Shown here piece by piece: positions 1 through 9,378 of a stretch of DNA of 44,605 bases. Origin of the DNA: an uncultured archaeon (GTDB lineage Archaea > Asgardarchaeota > Thorarchaeia > Thorarchaeales > Thorarchaeaceae); the NCBI GenBank assembly GCA_964458565.1, contig CAYWJO010000028.1:1-44605 (forward strand), given 5' to 3'. The number at the start of each line of letters is the position of its first letter. The first letter of the stretch is position 1. The position numbers and the translations under genes are program-made. Under the pieces are notes generated by a model. It was given only the letters and a program-made list of their open reading frames with translations, ran no database searches and was not told the origin of the DNA.

Positions 1-1037
1 TCAGTCACAAGCGATTTATCAGTTAGAACAGAGTCAACTGCATTCTGAAAACTGGTAAAAGTCCGATCGATTAACAAGCCTGTCACTCGATTGTGTATTA
101 AGCGTGGGACATCCCCAACCCTTGTTGATATTACTGGAACACCCGATGCCATTGCTTCTAATACAACTGTAGGCATTCCCTCCCAATATGAGGGTAATAT
201 CAATGCATTCGAGTTGTTAAGCAAATCGGGAATCTCATCATGACTCCGGGGTCCTAGAATTTCAATTGATACTCCTTTGTCCTTTTCTTTTAGCCGCTCT
301 CTTAGCTTTACAAGGTTTGATAGATAACTGCCTTGACCAACAAAATGAACATTGAATTCATGATCACACCATCTATCATACTCGTTAATCCATTTCATCA
401 ATAAACCTACTCCCTTCCACGGCTCTAAGTCTCCAAGATACAAAAGAGTCTGTTCATCAGATTTGTGATTGTGTCTGAAACGGAATTTGTTTGTATCAAC
501 CATATTTGGAATATATCGTAGGCGTTCTTCAGAGATGCTATAACGTGAGGCGATGGCTATCAAGTCATTTTTAGAAACAGAAGAGATTAAGTCACTATTT
601 TTAATTGTAAATTTACCCAAAGACCTATCATAGAAATGTTTCGCGGCTAGTTTTAACCAACTGATCTGATATGGGGGAATACCAACACCCCCATGGAGTT
701 GAAGTAATGCCTTTTTCCTTTTCAGCAATTTTGCAAGGACCGCCTGATTTGATAGAGTGTATAGATATGAGTGAATGTGATAGATATCAAAATCGACTCG
801 CATCAACTCGTGTAGAATCAGAGTAAGAGGGTTGATGTTCCAAACAACAACAGGCGTATAGGAACGATGAATAGTTACACCATTGACTATTGAGGTTCCT
901 GCAGAATCCATTTGATTTGTTGTAGTAAAAATATGTACGTCATGCTTTTTCGCTTGAGCCTGAGACAGATTGTATACATATCGTTCAGACCCACCCATCT
1001 GCTCTCCAACAAACGGACAAATATGAGCTATTTTCAT
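1..1037 (-). CDS. Glycosyltransferase family 4 (GT-B fold), 3' end truncated by the window edge
   Basis: Not in the ORF track because it has no stop inside the window. My translation from ATG at 1037 reads MKIAHICPFVGEQMGGSERYVYNL...IPNMVDT...LILPSYWEGMPTVVLEAMASGVPVISTRVGDVP, with the GT4 GGxE and EX7E signatures. The frame is open to position 1. Confidence 0.93.
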   Translation of the reverse strand, partial: MKIAHICPFVGEQMGGSERYVYNLSQAQAKKHDVHIFTTTNQMDSAGTSIVNGVTIHRSYTPVVVWNINPLTLILHELMRVDFDIYHIHSYLYTLSNQAVLAKLLKRKKALLQLHGGVGIPPYQISWLKLAAKHFYDRSLGKFTIKNSDLISSVSKNDLIAIASRYSISEERLRYIPNMVDTNKFRFRHNHKSDEQTLLYLGDLEPWKGVGLLMKWINEYDRWCDHEFNVHFVGQGSYLSNLVKLRERLKEKDKGVSIEILGPRSHDEIPDLLNNSNALILPSYWEGMPTVVLEAMASGVPVISTRVGDVPRLIHNRVTGLLIDRTFTSFQNAVDSVLTDKSLVT

Positions 1038-1312
1038 TTCACAGCCACCCTTTCCACATCGTAATTATGCACTAACATTCATTTATTTTCTCATAAGTCT
1101 TGGTTAAACAAACTCCCTACAATACACGATTTTCTAGATATGCATATCAATTTATTGGAGGGATAGTAGAATGAATGTGCGAAGGGTTTTTGGGAGGGAA
1201 GCCAATCAAAAATACTCCATTCCAAACTCAATAAGTTACCTAAACCTGGAATTAGGGATTTCCAATTCTGAACGTGCAAAATTTCGCCTTCAATGGACAA
1301 CTATTGGTGCTC

Positions 1313-1795
1313 TCATGACCCATGATACATTTTCAACAAATGACTCATTAACAGAGATAGGAGAAGAAGAGTAACACCCAATATTGGATACCACCACAAA
1401 TCAGGCCATAGCAGATTAAATGAAAGAGCAAGTTGCAGGGGATACAAGAGATACAGACCATATTCAGCCCAAGGATACATCACCATATCTAGCAGAAGAT
1501 GGCTAATGCATCCGATAAGAATCAATTTGAAGACGGAATTGAAATCAAGTCCATTAATCTGAAAGCATGCTGCAGCGAAATAGGCAAGGACTACAGCACC
1601 AAGAATTGAGTGAAATGCCTGTCCTAGACTAATCCATTCGAGACTGGTCCCAGCGAGCAACCAGGAAAAAGGACGCTCAATATCAATTAGAACCGCTCCA
1701 AGAATAATCAACATCTGTTCAATCCTAGGACCGTTTCTACGATAGACTATTGCTATTGATGCGCCTACGAGGAGATGTGTTAATACATCAGGCAC
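1313..1795 (-). CDS. Membrane-bound metal-dependent hydrolase (YdjM-like)
   Basis: Motifs PDVLTH, LIDIE, FHSILG and SHLLLD with several TM helices. Start moved to GTG at 1795 (AGGAGG upstream, overlaps the stop of the upstream gene); the track start is 1864. Confidence 0.8.
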   Translation of the reverse strand: MPDVLTHLLVGASIAIVYRRNGPRIEQMLIILGAVLIDIERPFSWLLAGTSLEWISLGQAFHSILGAVVLAYFAAACFQINGLDFNSVFKLILIGCISHLLLDMVMYPWAEYGLYLLYPLQLALSFNLLWPDLWWYPILGVTLLLLSLLMSHLLKMYHGS

Positions 1796-2276
1796 TTTTT
1801 CCCCTCCTTTCGATGAAAGCAAATGTCTTGAAATCGAAATCAAATACCCATAAGAACAATGCAATAAATAAGATGATACCTGGAATGGAACGGATTATCG
1901 AACTGCTGTAATCCAAAACATAGAACTCATGGACTATGATTGTGTCATTAGTCTGTATCCATGAGATGCCACGTACATAGACCCTATCACCTTCCTGTGG
2001 TGAGCCAATTGGAGATTGGAATGTTAGATAAGCGTCTTCCTCGATCTGAGCGATGAAATTTGACCCTGAACTCGAAACAGAAATAATTGTTGCTGTCGTG
2101 GATACACTTTCTCCCTCGAAGAGGCTAGGATTTGCTTTAATGTCCTCAATGGATACTGCGATGTACTGCGATTTTTGGATTGAATAGGGGAATAGTAAAT
2201 CTGATGAAACCATCAATATAATGAAGAGACCAAGTAGTGCAATCCCTCTTTTGAGTTCTGGTCTAATTCGTGGCAT
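1788..2276 (-). CDS. Hypothetical membrane protein with an extracytoplasmic OB-fold-like domain
   Basis: N- and C-terminal TM helices flank a beta-rich domain (IEDIKANPSLFEGESVS...GDRVYVRG). Overlaps the downstream hydrolase gene. Confidence 0.65.
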   Translation of the reverse strand: MPRIRPELKRGIALLGLFIILMVSSDLLFPYSIQKSQYIAVSIEDIKANPSLFEGESVSTTATIISVSSSGSNFIAQIEEDAYLTFQSPIGSPQEGDRVYVRGISWIQTNDTIIVHEFYVLDYSSSIIRSIPGIILFIALFLWVFDFDFKTFAFIERRGKSA

Positions 2277-2344
2277 GATATTGACGATGATACCTCGTCT
2301 AATGAACCATTCTCTGAGATGGATGAGAATTAATCTATTCTACT

Positions 2345-3685
2345 TCAGCTCTGTGCTCCGACCTTTCCAATACAACGATACTCAAAACCGGCAGCCCCAA
2401 CGGCTGCCTGATCGAAGACATTCCGACCATCAACTAGAACAGGGGTTCTCATGACCTTTGACAGTTTCTTAAGGTCAATGTCGAAGTATTCAGCATGTTT
2501 TGTCACTAGTACAAGACAGTCGGAACCTGTTGCTGCCTTCGTCAAATCCCGTTCCAAGTCAGTAACTGCGAGATCCCACTCTCTAACAAAGGGGTCATGA
2601 AGTCTTAGTTTTGCACCTTTTGCCTGTAGATTGAACATGAGCGGACCAGCAGGAGTATTTCGTGTATCATCAGAGTTTTCCAAATATGCAATACCGAGAA
2701 TGGTAACGATTGAGTCTCTCACAGCACGTCCTCTTGATTTCAATGCATTCTCTACTAGATATGCCATGTGTATAGGCATGTGATTATTGATTCTTCGAGC
2801 AAGAGAGATGAACTCAGGTTCTACGTGCCACGCACCATATTTGTATAGGCCATGTCGAAGTAACCACGGGTCTTTTGGTAAACAGTGTCCACCAACACCA
2901 GCTCCAGGAATGTGAAGATTCCTACTGTCCAATTCATTAACAATATCACGTACTTCAAAAATATTAACACCCATACTCTCACAGACGAGGGCCATCTCAT
3001 TTGCGAATGCAATATTGACGTCCCGATATGCGTTTTCAATCGTCTTTGAAATCTCAGCAGTGAGAACATCTGTTACCCTGATTTTTGCCTTTACAATACC
3101 AGAATATAGGTCCCGTGCACGTTCTGCACTTTGAGGTGTGATTCCACCGAGTACTCGAGGAAGATTGACTATGTTGTGGATTAGTTTTCCGGGCATAACA
3201 CGCTCATAGGAAAAGACAAGATCGAAATCCACACCGCCTTTCAAGCCCGAGTGTTCCTCAATTATAGACTGAACAATGTTCTGTGTGGTACCAGGAGCGA
3301 CAGTGGATTCTACAATGACAAGTGTACCTTTCTTCATCAGTTGTCCAATACTCGCACTTACTTCACGGAGAGAGGTGTATTGAGGAATATTCTGTTCATC
3401 GGTTGGAGTTTGTACGTCAATGAGTATCACATCAGCGTCTTTGAGAGCATCAACGTCCTCAGTTGCCCTGAATGTACCGTTTTTAACAACTCTAGCAATC
3501 AGCTCAGATAGACCGGGTTCATTCCCCTCAAATGGGGACTCACCACGGTTGAGAACATCAATTTTCCATCCGGATCTCTTTGATCTACGCTGTAACCCAG
3601 TTACATCATTACCCTCAACATCTGCAAGAAGTGCTGCACAGGGGATACCAACGTAGCCCATGCCGATGACAACTATTTTTCTCAA
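2345..3685 (-). CDS. wecC: Nucleotide-sugar 6-dehydrogenase (UDP-ManNAc/UDP-GlcNAc dehydrogenase, WecC/WbpA family)
   Basis: GMGYVG Rossmann motif, ESTVAPGTT, YERVMPG, KTIENAYRDVNIAFANE, catalytic GVGGHCLPKD, DTRNTP. The exact substrate cannot be read from sequence. Confidence 0.88.
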   Translation of the reverse strand: MRKIVVIGMGYVGIPCAALLADVEGNDVTGLQRRSKRSGWKIDVLNRGESPFEGNEPGLSELIARVVKNGTFRATEDVDALKDADVILIDVQTPTDEQNIPQYTSLREVSASIGQLMKKGTLVIVESTVAPGTTQNIVQSIIEEHSGLKGGVDFDLVFSYERVMPGKLIHNIVNLPRVLGGITPQSAERARDLYSGIVKAKIRVTDVLTAEISKTIENAYRDVNIAFANEMALVCESMGVNIFEVRDIVNELDSRNLHIPGAGVGGHCLPKDPWLLRHGLYKYGAWHVEPEFISLARRINNHMPIHMAYLVENALKSRGRAVRDSIVTILGIAYLENSDDTRNTPAGPLMFNLQAKGAKLRLHDPFVREWDLAVTDLERDLTKAATGSDCLVLVTKHAEYFDIDLKKLSKVMRTPVLVDGRNVFDQAAVGAAGFEYRCIGKVGAQS

Positions 3686-3763
3686 CTGTCTTGACCTCAG
3701 TCAATGTCTTTTACATGGTGATGCCAGATGGACTCCATAAAAAGGTAATTCAAAACTGCAATT

Positions 3764-3777
3764 TTGTACTAGTACAA
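3764..3777. promoter_or_regulatory. Perfect 14-bp palindrome in the divergent promoter region
   Basis: TTGTACTAGTACAA lies in the 145-bp gap between the two head-to-head dehydrogenase genes. Confidence 0.4.
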
Positions 3778-3830
3778 TTCATAGCCTTGAGTAATCCTTA
3801 AGTTCTTAACTCGTAACCGACGCTTCTGAC

Positions 3831-5150
3831 TTGGAGACACCTCAATTGAGCAGATACACAGAGCTTCTTGAGAAGATAAAGAAAAAACAGGCAGTTGTTT
3901 CTGTAATAGGATTGGGGTATATTGGATTGCCAACTGCTCTATTCTATGCTAGAAGTAATCTGATTCTTCATGGAACTGATACTAATGAGGTACTTGTGTC
4001 AGATTTAAAACAAGGAAAAATTGCCATGTTGGAGGAGGGCCTCGAAGAAATCGCTCGTAATTATCTAATGAAAATCGATCTTCATACCAACTATGAACAA
4101 CTAGGTGATAGTGATGTCTGTGTTTTATGTCTTCCAAGCCCACTGGATGAGAAGGGAAAACCGAACACTGCATATCTGGAAGATTCAATATCGAATCTGG
4201 CAAAGATCTTGAAGAAGGGACCACTGATTATTGTTGAAAGCACCATCGCAGTTGGGACAACAGAGATGCTATCTCGTATGTTCGCTGAGAAATCGGGTCT
4301 TAAAGAGGATAAGGAATTCTGGTTTGCGCATTGCCCTGAGAGAGTTCTTCCCGGCAAAATTGTTCAAGAGATGGATGAGAATCATAGATTAGCGGGGGGC
4401 ATCAGTACAAGATCAACAGAAATCACTGTTGAGTTTCTAAAATCAGTGTTTCGCCCTGATCTGATACATCCAACTAGTGCAAGAATATCTGAAACTGCGA
4501 AACTAGCTGAAAATGCATTTCGTGATACAAACATTGCTTTTGCAAACGAACTTGCTAGAATATCTGATGCACTAGGTGTCGATGTGAACGAGGTCATTCG
4601 TTTTGCAAATCTACATCCAAGAGTTGAGATATTAAATCCGGGATTAGGAGTAGGAGGGTATTGCCTTCCAAAAGACGGGTGGATTCTTGTAGAGTCAGCA
4701 AGAGAGAAAGGGTTTGATTCAAAATTGATACCAGCAGCAAGAGCCGTTAATGACAGTATGCCAGAACATGTTATGAGAAGAATCCAGAAAACTATGAAAG
4801 ATCGTAATCTTGAATCAACCACAGTAGGTCTTCTTGGTTTGAGCTTCAAAGCGAATGTGTCAGATACTAGAAATAGTCCAACACTGCAACTAATGTCGTT
4901 CCTGAAAGAGGAAGAAATTTCCTATGTGGTATATGATCCTCTTGTGGAGAATGATTTCGGTTCAACCAAACTCAATTCTATGAATGAGATTCTTTCTGGA
5001 TGCAAAATTATCGTTCTGTGTGTGGGCCATAAAATCATTCTCGAAGAACTACAGAGAGCGGACTTATCAAAGATTATTCTTGTCGACCCTCGATATGAGT
5101 TAAAGAGATTGAAATCCGAAGTAGAGTATTATATCGGTCTGAGCTCATAA
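3831..5150 (+). CDS. Nucleotide-sugar 6-dehydrogenase (WecC/WbpA family), second paralog
   Basis: GLGYIGLP, ESTIAVGTT, HCPERVLPG, KLAENAFRDTNIAFANE, GVGGYCLPKD, FKANVSDTRNSP. Confidence 0.9.
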   Translation: METPQLSRYTELLEKIKKKQAVVSVIGLGYIGLPTALFYARSNLILHGTDTNEVLVSDLKQGKIAMLEEGLEEIARNYLMKIDLHTNYEQLGDSDVCVLCLPSPLDEKGKPNTAYLEDSISNLAKILKKGPLIIVESTIAVGTTEMLSRMFAEKSGLKEDKEFWFAHCPERVLPGKIVQEMDENHRLAGGISTRSTEITVEFLKSVFRPDLIHPTSARISETAKLAENAFRDTNIAFANELARISDALGVDVNEVIRFANLHPRVEILNPGLGVGGYCLPKDGWILVESAREKGFDSKLIPAARAVNDSMPEHVMRRIQKTMKDRNLESTTVGLLGLSFKANVSDTRNSPTLQLMSFLKEEEISYVVYDPLVENDFGSTKLNSMNEILSGCKIIVLCVGHKIILEELQRADLSKIILVDPRYELKRLKSEVEYYIGLSS

Positions 5151-5154
5151 CAAT

Positions 5155-6018
5155 TTAATTGGAACTTAAAACTGCTCGAGCGGACTCTAGACCTTTCAAG
5201 TCATTGACTGGAATCCAACAATCTGATGGAAATTCAATTGAATAGAGTTTTCCTTCTTGTGCCAACGTAGGACATATGACATTTTCAAACGAAGATTCTA
5301 CACTCAAATCGACCATTCGCCGAAAATATTCGTATATTTCAGGATCGAAAGTCGAAAGGCCAGTATGTGTTGGAAGAGGGATTAAAGGATATTTTCTGAT
5401 ACTTTGAATTTTGCTTCCTTGTACAAGCATTCCTGAATAAGGGTAAGGTGTACTAGGAACAACAACCATAGAAGCAATGCAACTCGCCTTTCGAGCTTGG
5501 AGATGACCTTCTATGAGAAGTTCAGGGAAGGGACGTTGCGTATTTACTATAACATCATCTGGATTATGAATAAATGAAACAAGAGAATCATCGATGGTTC
5601 CATTATCAATTGCATGACGAATAGCGCCGGCATTTCCAACCTTTCGACCTTCGGGGTCCGCGGAATATTTTATTGATACGCCCCATTGTGACCCGTCACC
5701 TAAATGATCTTCAACAACATCAGCAAGAAATCCGGTCAAGATAACGAATTTTTTAATACCATTCTCTCGGTAAACGCGAATTGTGCGTTCAATCATACTT
5801 TCAGTTTTATTTATTGGAATCATGACCTTATTGATATTCTCGCTTTGAGTTTCAGCTCTGATTCTAGTTCCCTTTCCACCTGCAGGCATAACGACAATTA
5901 TCTCGGACTTGATGTCTTCGATTTCTTCACGAGTCGTCTTAGTTCCTGTGTCCCGAGAGTTAACGCGCTGACCTAGTTCTTCAAGAATCGATTCCAATGT
6001 ATCAACCATTTCTATCAA
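5155..6018 (-). CDS. Sugar-phosphate nucleotidyltransferase (NTP_transferase family)
   Basis: MPAGGKGTR signature, K in INKVMIP, GNAGAI. ATG at 6009 is an alternative start. Confidence 0.85.
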   Translation of the reverse strand: MIEMVDTLESILEELGQRVNSRDTGTKTTREEIEDIKSEIIVVMPAGGKGTRIRAETQSENINKVMIPINKTESMIERTIRVYRENGIKKFVILTGFLADVVEDHLGDGSQWGVSIKYSADPEGRKVGNAGAIRHAIDNGTIDDSLVSFIHNPDDVIVNTQRPFPELLIEGHLQARKASCIASMVVVPSTPYPYSGMLVQGSKIQSIRKYPLIPLPTHTGLSTFDPEIYEYFRRMVDLSVESSFENVICPTLAQEGKLYSIEFPSDCWIPVNDLKGLESARAVLSSN

Positions 6019-6066
6019 GTCATTGAGTGCATATTGATTTGAAAAGGGTTTTGCAGTACTAGCAAG

Positions 6067-6300
6067 TTATTCATCCATTTTTGAAGCCATGTTTGCCATT
6101 TCTTCAAAAAGTGCTAGAGTCTTCTTCGCCTCTTCCTGGTCTAGTCTTTCAATGGCATATCCAGTATGTACGATAACATATTCTCCCACTTTCAAATCGG
6201 GAAGAAGTGTGACACATACCCTCTTTTGAACCCCACCAAACTCTACTTCTGCATAATCACCATCGATACTCTCTACAAGTCCGGGAACTGCTAGACACAT
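6067..6300 (-). CDS. hypC: [NiFe]-hydrogenase maturation chaperone HypC/HupF
   Basis: MCLAVPG N-terminus and VGEYVIVHTGYAI motif, 77 aa. Confidence 0.97.
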   Translation of the reverse strand: MCLAVPGLVESIDGDYAEVEFGGVQKRVCVTLLPDLKVGEYVIVHTGYAIERLDQEEAKKTLALFEEMANMASKMDE

Positions 6301-6359
6301 GACAAAGCCTATGATGTTTTGAATTAGAGTCTTTTGACATGACCATTCAATAACTTAGG

Positions 6360-7103
6360 TCATCTAAAGTGAGAGTCCTCTGGTCTAGCGACTGTGCAAT
6401 TTATACTTGGTAGATTATCCATTCCTGCAGTTTTAAATGCTGTAACATCATACATGAAAGTCAACGGAGCATCCAGTAGTTCACGTTCCAAGAACTGATC
6501 TGCTACATCTTTGAGAACCTCAAGTATATATTGGATTTCAAAAGGAGATTCTGGCACATGCTCGAGGCGAATGGAGAAATCCTTCCCACCCAAACTTGTC
6601 CTGATGAGGTGTCCAAGAAAACGTGGATAACGTAATTGAAATTCAGACGCTAATTCTTGCCGCATCCCATCTACGGTCCAGCCTTTGAAACGAGGTCTGA
6701 AGCCGTCAGGTCTTTCAGTCTTAGGTTCTGTAGATATGATTTCTCTTGCTGCTGCATTAATCATTACTGCTTCAGTTTCAGCTCGCAATGTGATTTCTAC
6801 AGTCCTTAAACTGTCATTGAGATTCATGAACGACTTCAGAATGGACTGTGCTTTTTGATAAAGTTGCTCTCCTATTGGAAAGCTGGATGTATCATTGGTG
6901 TATTTAGCCAGCTCTGAGATCTGTTCTTTAATTACAATTAGTCCTCTACCAGTTTCATTATCTTCTTTTGCCGCATCCAAGTCTAAGAGCTGATCAATAT
7001 ATTCAATTAACTTGGAAGTAGAAATATGGATTCTCATAATTGAATCTTGAATTGACGCCTTAGCTTCATCAGCTCCCATAACACGAGGTCTCACTCTAGA
7101 CAA
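6360..7103 (-). CDS. Hypothetical protein
   Basis: 247-aa ORF with a GGAGTG SD-like site upstream, in a co-oriented run. No motif recognised. Confidence 0.7.
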   Translation of the reverse strand: MSRVRPRVMGADEAKASIQDSIMRIHISTSKLIEYIDQLLDLDAAKEDNETGRGLIVIKEQISELAKYTNDTSSFPIGEQLYQKAQSILKSFMNLNDSLRTVEITLRAETEAVMINAAAREIISTEPKTERPDGFRPRFKGWTVDGMRQELASEFQLRYPRFLGHLIRTSLGGKDFSIRLEHVPESPFEIQYILEVLKDVADQFLERELLDAPLTFMYDVTAFKTAGMDNLPSINCTVARPEDSHFR

Positions 7104-7121
7104 CTCTAGTCACTCCTTAAA

Positions 7122-8222
7122 TTAACTAACGGGTCTCCAACAAATGCCCAGTTCATCCGCTTTCTCGAATGCAATACGCATCTCGTCATTTGACACCCTT
7201 CTATTGATGTCAGAAAATTCCTCAGGATATTTACGAACTCGGTGTTCTGGACGATATTGAGCCATGATGTTCACCATGCAATTGGGCATGTTCTTTGCAA
7301 CCCACTCCAGAATTGGGATTGTACAACATTCAGTGTGATTCGGCAGCACAAGATGACGGATAATGACCTCCCCTGATTCATAGGCAATCAGATGGTTTCT
7401 GGATATAACATCAAAGTAGTTCTTTACTCCAGATAAACGCTCAGCACATTCATTGTTCCCGTATTTGAAATCAGGTAGATACACATCAAACACATCACGG
7501 AGTAGATTCATGGTCTCTAATGAGCAGTAAAGATTAGAGTTCCATAGTTGAGTAACATTGGACTCCTGATATTGTAGAGACGCCATTATTGTGTGCGTGT
7601 TTGGTATGGGATCACCACCAACATAGTTGATATTCAGTGCACCATCGAGGAAGAGAGATTGAGCAATTGCAGCGAGATGCTCAGGGTCTACAATTTGCCC
7701 GGAATTTGGATTAGTTGATATGTCATGATTCTGACAGAAAACGCATCCAAAACAGCATGATGCAAAAAAGATGGTCCCGCTCGGAACTAGTGGTGCCTCT
7801 TCCCCTGAATGAAGGAACGCGGATGAAACTCTTGATTCTGCACCTAATTTACACCACCCATTTTTATCTCGAGTTCTATCAACACCGCATCTGCGCTCAC
7901 AGAAATGACAATTCTGTAATATTCCATGTGCAATCCTAATCTTGAGGTCTAGAAAACTTCTCTCAACAGAATCCCCAGAAATCCTTGGTTTTCCATCATC
8001 TACGCTAGTGATGTATTCCTGTAGAATACCTGAGAGTCGTGTGTTTTCTGCCCACAGAGCATCAGGTTCATCATCAAGCATAACTTCACAGGATATATCC
8101 TTAGCAAGTATGTATTTTGCCCAATTCTTATCATCGATTATGTTTCTGTATCGACGTAATCGCTTCAGAGTTTCTGGATCTTTCCAGACACGTGCTACAT
8201 CAGGTCGAAGATAACGCCACAT
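7122..8222 (-). CDS. pflX: Radical SAM protein, PflX (pyruvate-formate-lyase activating-like) family
   Basis: CCFGCVFCQN (CxxxCxxC), N-terminal CHFCERRCGVDR...WC cluster motif, HSGEEAPL.PSGTIFF, YLPDFKYGN, RHLVLP. Confidence 0.85.
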   Translation of the reverse strand: MWRYLRPDVARVWKDPETLKRLRRYRNIIDDKNWAKYILAKDISCEVMLDDEPDALWAENTRLSGILQEYITSVDDGKPRISGDSVERSFLDLKIRIAHGILQNCHFCERRCGVDRTRDKNGWCKLGAESRVSSAFLHSGEEAPLVPSGTIFFASCCFGCVFCQNHDISTNPNSGQIVDPEHLAAIAQSLFLDGALNINYVGGDPIPNTHTIMASLQYQESNVTQLWNSNLYCSLETMNLLRDVFDVYLPDFKYGNNECAERLSGVKNYFDVISRNHLIAYESGEVIIRHLVLPNHTECCTIPILEWVAKNMPNCMVNIMAQYRPEHRVRKYPEEFSDINRRVSNDEMRIAFEKADELGICWRPVS

Positions 8223-8273
8223 AAAATCACGTTTCCTTTACACAAGTTGGATAAAAATCATGGTGACAGACAT

Positions 8274-9248
8274 TTAGTAAAGAAAGATAGGCTCCGCTAG
8301 CTTATTGGATTCAGTCTTTACAAATCTCATCGTAGATACCAAAGAGGATGCTACAAGATTATACCAACCTGAAATCAAGTTTGATTTACCCTGAATCAAT
8401 CTCTTACTTACAGATACATCCATTTGCAATGGAGGTTCAGAAATTAATAGACAGTCTTCTGCTATCTTATGATCGTCAAGGTACCAATCTCTGAATTCGG
8501 AAGCAACATCAGAATATCGTTCAGGATGAGAGAAATCCTCAATGCGACACCAATTGATTGGTATCACAACATCAGCTTTTATGGGAAATGTATCAGTGTG
8601 TTCAATAACCTCAATTCCACCATAAGATTCACTCTTCCGAATCACACGGTTGAGAACGGGAAATTTGTCTGGGGTGACTAGACTCATGTTCGCACCTAGT
8701 TTAGCTCCTTGAAGAATTACAAAATGGGCGACACTCGGAAGAACAAAATTGGATCCGTATACCCACATTACACTAATTCTTTTCCCCGCAAGAGAACCCA
8801 ACGCTTGACGTATTCCCAGGAGTATAGCAAGACCAGACAGATTTGCATAGACATCATCACGTATTGAAAATGACGGGATTATTGAATTCTTAGCAAGTTT
8901 TTCAGTAAACAACCTACCTTCCGAGAAGGATATGAGATCTATAAAGGAGGTCAAGAGAAAATCAACAGCCTCGGAAACCATTCTGAATCGTATCAGGAGC
9001 TCATCAGTAGAGAGAGCTGCTCCATGATTCCAAGAGAATGGAGTCAGAGGAATCCCAATTCGGTTTACTGAATTCAGGATTGACTCGATCTCAAGTGAAG
9101 GAGATTCATAAAAGAGACCACCTATGTGATTGGTATCATGCAATTCAGGAGGTCGTATAGAAGATCTAATTGAAAATGTGTCATCTGCGAATGCAAGTAT
9201 TTTATCAAGTGTATCCGAATTGACATCTTCAATATTCATTGACACCAT
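8274..9248 (-). CDS. Degenerate aspartate/ornithine transcarbamylase-fold protein (YgeW/knotted-type-like), probably catalytically inactive
   Basis: Length and layout match transcarbamylases (LAGKRISVMWVYG...PSVAH, LGANMSLVTP, ADVVIPINW, FRDW), but the STRT, HPxQ and HCLP motifs are absent. Confidence 0.7.
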   Translation of the reverse strand: MVSMNIEDVNSDTLDKILAFADDTFSIRSSIRPPELHDTNHIGGLFYESPSLEIESILNSVNRIGIPLTPFSWNHGAALSTDELLIRFRMVSEAVDFLLTSFIDLISFSEGRLFTEKLAKNSIIPSFSIRDDVYANLSGLAILLGIRQALGSLAGKRISVMWVYGSNFVLPSVAHFVILQGAKLGANMSLVTPDKFPVLNRVIRKSESYGGIEVIEHTDTFPIKADVVIPINWCRIEDFSHPERYSDVASEFRDWYLDDHKIAEDCLLISEPPLQMDVSVSKRLIQGKSNLISGWYNLVASSLVSTMRFVKTESNKLAEPIFLY

Positions 9249-9378
9249 AATGTTGTTACAGAAAGAGGAAACAATATCAATATGATGATTCTATTTCAGA
9301 TGCAGTACGAGAAGATGTATTCATAACTTCGACAGAGTAAAATGGATTCAGGCACGCCTAGAATTAAGAGGTTTTACA

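Noticed and set aside
1091-1374. Two short track ORFs (69 and 67 aa) between the GT4 and hydrolase genes
   Set aside because: They overlap each other on opposite strands and have no recognisable features.
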